Virus record (IMG/VR): IMGVR_UViG_3300038393_001696
Origin: an uncultured virus (IMG/VR IMGVR_UViG_3300038393_001696)
Taxonomy: Duplodnaviria; Heunggongvirae; Uroviricota; Caudoviricetes
Strand: one strand, 5' to 3'
Length of the DNA stretch: 20,000 bases
In this document: one piece after another, positions 14,968 to 20,000 of the stretch
Numbering within the stretch: position 1 is the stretch's first letter
Layout: each line of letters starts with the position of its first letter
Translations under genes and position numbers: made by a program
The notes under the pieces: generated by a model
What the model was told of the DNA's origin: nothing
The model's input: only the letters and a program-made list of their open reading frames with translations
Databases searched by the model: none

Positions 14968-16148
14968 GCAGCCTCCAGCATCTCGGGAGTGACGGTGTTG
15001 CGGCATACCTGGCCAAATTCGCTGTGGTAGGTGATCGCGGTGCACTGCCGCTCGCTCATCCAGCCGCCCCGGGCCGCATAGGCGTCCCGCGAGGCCAAGG
15101 TCGAGTGTTGTACCACCTGCATGCCCGGATGCTCCTTTTCCTCGACATGGTGCCGGTGGCCGGTGTGCGCGTAGCGCTTGGTCGTGTCGCCCCACATCTT
15201 CGGGAACTGTGCGGCGAACAGCAGCGGCAGCTGGTCGTTCTTCTTCAGGTGGCCATGGTGCCAGGCCAGCATCGTGCTGCCGTGCTGGTAGGCGTAGTAC
15301 GGCAGCTCCGAATCAATTACCTCGACGCGCGGCTCCTTTTCGTACAGGGCCTTGAACATTGCACGCAGCCACACGCTCGACGCGAGGTCGTGGTTGCCCT
15401 CGGCGAGCAGCACGATCACGCGCCGGTGCTTTCGCAGCGAGAAGTCGACCACGCGCCGCAGGATACGGATTGCGGCGGCAACAACCTTCGGAAATCTCCC
15501 GTCCTGGTCGAGAATATGGCCCGAGGTGGGCGTCTTGGCCTCCAGCCCATCGCTGTGCATCCAGTCCCCAAGCTGCGCCACGATACCGACGTCGGCCGGC
15601 GGACTGGCGTCGACCATGTGCTCGAAGCAGCCGGTCAGCACCCGCTCGGCGATCGACAAATCCCAGTCGCCGTTGGCGGCCAGGTTCTCCTTATGCCACG
15701 CGAGCATGCCGACATGGCTATCCGTCAATGTGTAAAGGTTGGCCAGCTTGGCGTTTGTCAGGCGAGGTGCCTTGACCGGCTTGGCGCGCGGAAGCTCCTC
15801 GGCCATTGCCGCCGCAGCCTCGCGCATGATCTCTTCGAGCTGGTCGGCATCAGCGCGGGTCTTCACCCACTGCATGACGGGCACGCCGTTCTTGTACAGT
15901 GTCGAGGCGCCCTTGAGCATCTGCCCTGGCGCGACCGGGTGCTGCAGGTCGTATTCCGGCGCGTAGCCGCGGCGCGCCGCGGACAACTCCAGGCGCTGCA
16001 GCGCCGCCTGGATGGTGGTCCTGCCGATCCCCAGCGCGCGAGCAGCCGGCCGCTCGCCACCATGCTCCAGGACGGCGTCGAGGTACCGCGCTTGGGTCGG
16101 GTTTGCGTACTGGCGCAGCCCCGGATCGTATTTTCGTGCTTCGCTCAT
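14964..16148 (-). CDS. HTH-containing calcineurin-like metallophosphoesterase
   Basis: N-terminal ERPAARALGIGRTTI (HTH); metallophosphoesterase motifs TDSH, LGDWMH, GNHD, HHGH, GHRH. Confidence 0.8.
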   Translation of the reverse strand: MSEARKYDPGLRQYANPTQARYLDAVLEHGGERPAARALGIGRTTIQAALQRLELSAARRGYAPEYDLQHPVAPGQMLKGASTLYKNGVPVMQWVKTRADADQLEEIMREAAAAMAEELPRAKPVKAPRLTNAKLANLYTLTDSHVGMLAWHKENLAANGDWDLSIAERVLTGCFEHMVDASPPADVGIVAQLGDWMHSDGLEAKTPTSGHILDQDGRFPKVVAAAIRILRRVVDFSLRKHRRVIVLLAEGNHDLASSVWLRAMFKALYEKEPRVEVIDSELPYYAYQHGSTMLAWHHGHLKKNDQLPLLFAAQFPKMWGDTTKRYAHTGHRHHVEEKEHPGMQVVQHSTLASRDAYAARGGWMSERQCTAITYHSEFGQVCRNTVTPEMLEAA

Positions 16149-16161
16149 GTGGTCCTTTCGA

Positions 16162-16719
16162 TCACTGCGCGTCGGTCGCGGCCTTCACGGCGCCGTAGGT
16201 GGTGATGCAGGCGCGCAGTCCGACGAGGGAATCGTCCCGGGTCTGCCGCAGCCATTCAAGATCGCTTGCAACTCGAGGCTCGAGATCGACGGTGCGGCCG
16301 CCGCCTGGTGAACCCAGTCCGGCAGCGCCGGCACCTTCACCTTGTCCAGGACGAGCAGCCGCGCAGGTGGCGGCGATGGCGACTGACATCCGGCGACGAC
16401 CAGCAGCAAGGTCAGACTGCAGAGTAGCCGATTTGGCTTGTTCATGGGATAGCTCCGTGTACAGGTCAGAGAGGTCGGCGAGCGTCGCGTCGAGCTTGTC
16501 CTGCGTGATCTTGACGCGCTCATTCATCTGCGCCAACTGCGCTTTGGCGCGCCGGTCGTTCTCGGCATCGATCGCATCGCGGCGCGCCGACTCCTGTGCG
16601 ACGCCGACTTGGATCAGGTGCGCGCGATATGAAAGCGCGGCCGCCCCAGACAGGATGCACAGCGCGGCGACCGCGAGCCATCGCGGCACGCCGAGGCGAG
16701 TGAGCAAGGCGGCGATCAT
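16162..16719 (-). CDS. Rz-like inner-membrane spanin
   Basis: N-terminal TM segment, coiled-coil body, position directly after endolysin, embedded Rz1. Confidence 0.82.
   Translation of the reverse strand: MIAALLTRLGVPRWLAVAALCILSGAAALSYRAHLIQVGVAQESARRDAIDAENDRRAKAQLAQMNERVKITQDKLDATLADLSDLYTELSHEQAKSATLQSDLAAGRRRMSVAIAATCAAARPGQGEGAGAAGLGSPGGGRTVDLEPRVASDLEWLRQTRDDSLVGLRACITTYGAVKAATDAQ
16185..16445 (-). CDS. Rz1-like outer-membrane lipoprotein spanin (embedded in Rz)
   Basis: MNKPNRLLCSLTLLLVVAG/C lipobox followed by Pro-rich sequence, in an alternate frame inside Rz. Confidence 0.8.
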   Translation of the reverse strand: MNKPNRLLCSLTLLLVVAGCQSPSPPPARLLVLDKVKVPALPDWVHQAAAAPSISSLELQAILNGCGRPGTIPSSDCAPASPPTAP

Positions 16720-17210
16720 GTGCGCAGCCCCTGCAGACACATCGCGCGTTCGCGCTGGCGGCGGCGAGTTAGGCCGGCGACCTCCTTGCCGCCGACCTTA
16801 TTCCAAAGCAGCAGCGCATCGCAGCCGCCGCGGTCGTCCCCAGCGCTGGTCTTCCTGGCCATGCTCGAGCTGCAGAACGCCGTCACGCCGATGTTGTAGG
16901 CTGCGTCGACGAAGGCCACCTTCTGGCCGTCGGTCAGGCGCTGCCACGGCAGGCACGGAGCGATACCCTCGGCGTGGCGCTCAAGGTCGCGATCAGTCTG
17001 CGCATCGCACTCCGCCGGCGTGTATGTCTTCCCGGCCTGCGCGTGCTCGGTGGCTCCGTCGCAGTAGGTCAGCACGCCGCCGATGTCGCGGTAGGTCTTC
17101 AGCACCCTGCCCTCCTGCGCCGGCGTGAACGCCAGCAGCGCGGCGGCGGCAACGGCGCCGACAACGGCGGCAAGGCCGCGCTTGGGGATGCCCGGCTTGT
17201 CGGCGCTCAT
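16716..17210 (-). CDS. GH24 lysozyme, SAR-type endolysin
   Basis: Ala/Gly-rich N-terminal anchor; catalytic triad E-x8-D-x5-T (EGRVLKTYRDIGGVLT); AYNIG, GLTRRRQRE. Confidence 0.92.
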   Translation of the reverse strand: MSADKPGIPKRGLAAVVGAVAAAALLAFTPAQEGRVLKTYRDIGGVLTYCDGATEHAQAGKTYTPAECDAQTDRDLERHAEGIAPCLPWQRLTDGQKVAFVDAAYNIGVTAFCSSSMARKTSAGDDRGGCDALLLWNKVGGKEVAGLTRRRQRERAMCLQGLRT

Positions 17211-17419
17211 TTGTCGGCCTCCAGGTTCGCCAGCGTCGCGTCGCTCTCGCGCTGCTCGCGCCGGTCCTTCCGGACCATGTAGAGGACGTTGACCACGCAG
17301 GTCAGCAGCGCGGTGACGATGCCGACGACGACACCGATCTGGTTCAGGGTCAAGGAGGCGCCGATCGAGGCGACGCCGCCGGCCACGCTGGTCACTTCCG
17401 GCGCGCTCAGTTTGATCAT
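17207..17419 (-). CDS. Holin (possibly pinholin)
   Basis: 70 aa with hydrophobic segments and a charged C-terminus; stop overlaps the endolysin start. Confidence 0.8.
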   Translation of the reverse strand: MIKLSAPEVTSVAGGVASIGASLTLNQIGVVVGIVTALLTCVVNVLYMVRKDRREQRESDATLANLEADK

Positions 17420-17430
17420 GGATGGGCCTT

Positions 17431-17892
17431 TCAAGGCTGGGGCAAAGAAAAACCCGCCGAAGCGGGTTGGTTGAACAGCGACAGGGCCGAGTGCAGCGCC
17501 CCGGGGTCGAATCGCCAAGGCTCCGGCATCCCCAGCGCCGCCGCCACCGCCTCGGAACAGAACCATGCCTTCTTGTCGTCGGCGACAGGGGCGAGCACGA
17601 AGCGCAAGTTGCCGAGCAGGTCGTACGGCTGGCCGCGGTGCGCCTCGAACCATGCCCAGGCCTGCTGCTCGAGCGCGCGCGGGATCTCGACGAAATCCCA
17701 CAGATCCGGGTCGAAGTCGATCACCTTGAAGCGCACCCCGCCGTCCATGTAGGACGATGAGGCCGCATAGCCAGTCGGGAAGACCAGTTCCACGTGCGAA
17801 TAGGTCGACTTGGTCCACCAGCGCACCACCCGGTTGTAGACACCGGGCAGGCCAGGGTGGGTGGCCTTGTAGAAGGCGGCGCGTAGCATCAC
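17431..17892 (-). CDS. Permuted papain-like (NlpC/P60, YiiX-like) phage protein
   Basis: His-before-Cys motif order: YSHVELV...GQPYDLLG...WFCSEAVAAALG. Confidence 0.72.
   Translation of the reverse strand: MMLRAAFYKATHPGLPGVYNRVVRWWTKSTYSHVELVFPTGYAASSSYMDGGVRFKVIDFDPDLWDFVEIPRALEQQAWAWFEAHRGQPYDLLGNLRFVLAPVADDKKAWFCSEAVAAALGMPEPWRFDPGALHSALSLFNQPASAGFSLPQP
17444..17468 (-). terminator. Intrinsic terminator-like hairpin between tail and lysis genes
   Basis: Minus strand AACCCGC-TTCG-GCGGGTT followed by TTTCTTT. Confidence 0.65.
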
Positions 17893-18374
17893 AGCCCCAA
17901 TTCCGTACGGGTGGCGCTGATGAAATCAGCCCATGCGGCGACGGCCGCCGCCAGCGCTTCCCCGGTCGCGGCGGCGCGCATCGCCGCCTGGCTGGCAAAG
18001 CGCTGGCTGCGCATCGACAGTTTGGCGGCAGCAAAGGCGTCGGCGCGGGCGATGATCTGGTCAGCGGCCCACTGGTTGCTCTGCGCCGCGCCGGTCGGAT
18101 TGTGCAGCGCGTAATCGGACACATAGCCCGATACATCGCCCGCGTAACCTGCGGCCTTGTAGGCGCGCGCATCGGCTTCGGCATCCTTGTATTCCTCGGT
18201 GCGGTTGCCCACGGCGTCGGCGTAAACCTTGTCCACGTCGGTATAGGTCGCAGCAATTGCTGCTTCGCGCATCGCCTCAGAGCCTTGCGCCTGTCTCGCC
18301 GCAATCTCCGCAATCTCATTTTCGGTGGCGTCGCGCAGTTCGCCGTTATCCAGCACCTTGATTGCCTCACTCAT
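17889..18374 (-). CDS. Putative tail fibre assembly/chaperone-like protein
   Basis: Ala-rich helical 161-aa protein immediately downstream of the tail fibre gene; called from position only. Confidence 0.55.
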   Translation of the reverse strand: MSEAIKVLDNGELRDATENEIAEIAARQAQGSEAMREAAIAATYTDVDKVYADAVGNRTEEYKDAEADARAYKAAGYAGDVSGYVSDYALHNPTGAAQSNQWAADQIIARADAFAAAKLSMRSQRFASQAAMRAAATGEALAAAVAAWADFISATRTELGL

Positions 18375-18388
18375 ATTTCCCCCCTCTT

Positions 18389-19438
18389 TTAGGTGTTCTT
18401 AATGCCATAGACGCGCACAGTGCCTGCTGTGATGTTGCCGGTGCCAAAATACAATCGGAAGCCAGATATGGCAGATGCAAAGCTATAAGCACAAGAGTAA
18501 TCTACGGTATTTGCTGTTGGTGTGTTATCAAAGAACGTACCAACAGTCGTCATGCTCTTATGTCTTACTGCATCATTTGCATTTCGTATCTCAACTGTCG
18601 TCACCGCACCAAACCCAGAAGAAGTTGTTACTGCCGCTGATGTGATAGGAAAACTAGTGCCGTTTGTACCCGTTACATTCGGGCCTGCATAGTAATAATT
18701 GGCCCCTGTGTCAACAACTCCCGACTTTGCAAGTCGCAAATTAAGTGCTGTATTATTCTGTGGTACGAGCCCTAAAATTTCAATAATGTAATTGTCATAA
18801 GTGGACGAGAATACATTTAGGAAGTCGATATTTGCCACGGCACTGCTTACTGTCGCAGTAGCAAGCAGGAACATATTGCCAGAAACTGCCGCAGCCCCCG
18901 TATCGCCCTTATCCCCTGTGCGCTGAATCTGCATAATCAGCCCATCGCCACTAACAAATGGGTTGGTGCCGCTTGTCGCTACAACCGTACCAATAATGTT
19001 TCGATAGCCGCCCGGATTAGAAATACCACCACTAATATCAAAGACAATCCACTTGGAAGCATCTCCTAGTTTCGTAAGTTTGATAGAACCTTTTACAGTG
19101 CTTGTCGAAGTCTGAACCCTGTCAAAGATAGCACTCCAATCCTTTCCGTCTGACCCGAGGACATCGGCACGAATCGTTGTAGCAGACCCTTGTGTTGCGT
19201 TATCCAGTCGCAAGAATCCATTGCCCGGATCAGCATCGGTTGTCGTTGTGCTAAACGTGTACGGAATCGCATACGCCCCACCCGCCGCGTTGGAGTTAAG
19301 GTTTGCGGCGAGCGTGTTGGCGTCAGTACCCCATTGCGGTAGATTCGTCATCAGGTACGCCATTGCTGCATCGAACGTGGGCTGATCCATCGTCCGATTT
19401 GGCAGTTTGGTCGGGTCAAGCAAAGTGGTGATTGCCAT
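18389..19438 (-). CDS. Putative tail fibre / receptor-binding protein
   Basis: Thr/Gly/Ser-rich, short collagen-like GDKGDTG linker, beta-rich C-terminal domain ending GTVRVYGI; AT-richer than its neighbours. Confidence 0.7.
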   Translation of the reverse strand: MAITTLLDPTKLPNRTMDQPTFDAAMAYLMTNLPQWGTDANTLAANLNSNAAGGAYAIPYTFSTTTTDADPGNGFLRLDNATQGSATTIRADVLGSDGKDWSAIFDRVQTSTSTVKGSIKLTKLGDASKWIVFDISGGISNPGGYRNIIGTVVATSGTNPFVSGDGLIMQIQRTGDKGDTGAAAVSGNMFLLATATVSSAVANIDFLNVFSSTYDNYIIEILGLVPQNNTALNLRLAKSGVVDTGANYYYAGPNVTGTNGTSFPITSAAVTTSSGFGAVTTVEIRNANDAVRHKSMTTVGTFFDNTPTANTVDYSCAYSFASAISGFRLYFGTGNITAGTVRVYGIKNT

Positions 19439-20000
19439 TAAACGGTTCCTTCGATCTGGAGGTTCATCTTCGATTCAGGGAAGTTCTCAACCACGTTCTT
19501 GAAACTGGAGTAGCGACCGAACAGGCACGCAGAGCCCAACTCCTTCGCGCCAATCCACGCCACCGGTTTTTGTCGGTAGCCCTCCAGGGCCTCGATCACG
19601 TAGTCGATCTGCTCGTTGTCGATGACCACATCGATATCCATCCGCTTCGCGAAATTCCGCTTCTGGAGGTTTGTGGTCCCGTCAAAGTTGAAGTTGATGG
19701 TCGAGTAGTCCTTGATCTCGCGGCCGATGCCGTACTGCGACAGGCCGACGTCGACCAGCGGGCCGATCGCGCATACCCCGCACTTCGGAGTGCCGCCTGG
19801 CTTCTTGATCGCGATAGTGATGAGCGCGTTCGCGTAGGGAGGCGACGTGACGCTGACCATGTAGCTGCGGCGCCGGATCGGCTTGAAGCCCCAGTTGTAG
19901 AAGCTGGAGCCAGAATTCGACACGATCAGGCTTTGCGTCTCCTGATAGACCAAGCCCTCGGTCAGGTCTACGACCGACAGTCGAACCTCTGAAGCGTCGA
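19438..20000 (-). CDS. Phage tail-region structural protein (5'-truncated by window)
   Basis: Frame is open to the window end; stop overlaps the tail fibre ATG; GREIKDYS...FDG...KRNFAKRM pattern seen in tail modules. Confidence 0.65.
   Translation of the reverse strand, partial: DASEVRLSVVDLTEGLVYQETQSLIVSNSGSSFYNWGFKPIRRRSYMVSVTSPPYANALITIAIKKPGGTPKCGVCAIGPLVDVGLSQYGIGREIKDYSTINFNFDGTTNLQKRNFAKRMDIDVVIDNEQIDYVIEALEGYRQKPVAWIGAKELGSACLFGRYSSFKNVVENFPESKMNLQIEGTV

Overview
The window looks like about 20 kb of a temperate lambdoid-type phage of a GC-rich betaproteobacterium (Oxalobacteraceae/Massilia-like host is an inference). It appears to be read across its attP site. Left arm (+ strand): the 3' end of rdgC, then a complete diversity-generating retroelement (DGR), mosaic early genes, a DUF4224-type excisionase and a tyrosine integrase. 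The DGR has TWO tandem C-type-lectin/FGE-fold target genes (VR1 1434-1548, VR2 2395-2509), a MutS-domain-I/Avd fusion accessory gene, a template repeat (TR 3478-3592) and a DGR reverse transcriptase. Every TR-VR mismatch I counted (14 and 15) falls on a TR adenine. Centre: an RnlA/RnlB (LsoA/LsoB)-type toxin-antitoxin pair, then a 45-bp 3' half of tRNA-Arg(TCT) flanked on both sides by arm-type repeats and IHF-like sites (attP). Cargo genes follow: a LigD-type ATP-dependent ligase, a secreted HNH-like protein and an orphan T6SS hcp-rap1a/tai-tae4 module. Right arm (- strand): tail genes, holin, SAR endolysin, Rz/Rz1 spanins and an HTH-metallophosphoesterase. The most striking system is the DGR: it sits in the early operon, diversifies two apparently cytoplasmic lectin-fold proteins rather than the tail fibre, and uses a MutS-I-Avd fusion. 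All family calls come from motif recognition by eye; no searches were run.
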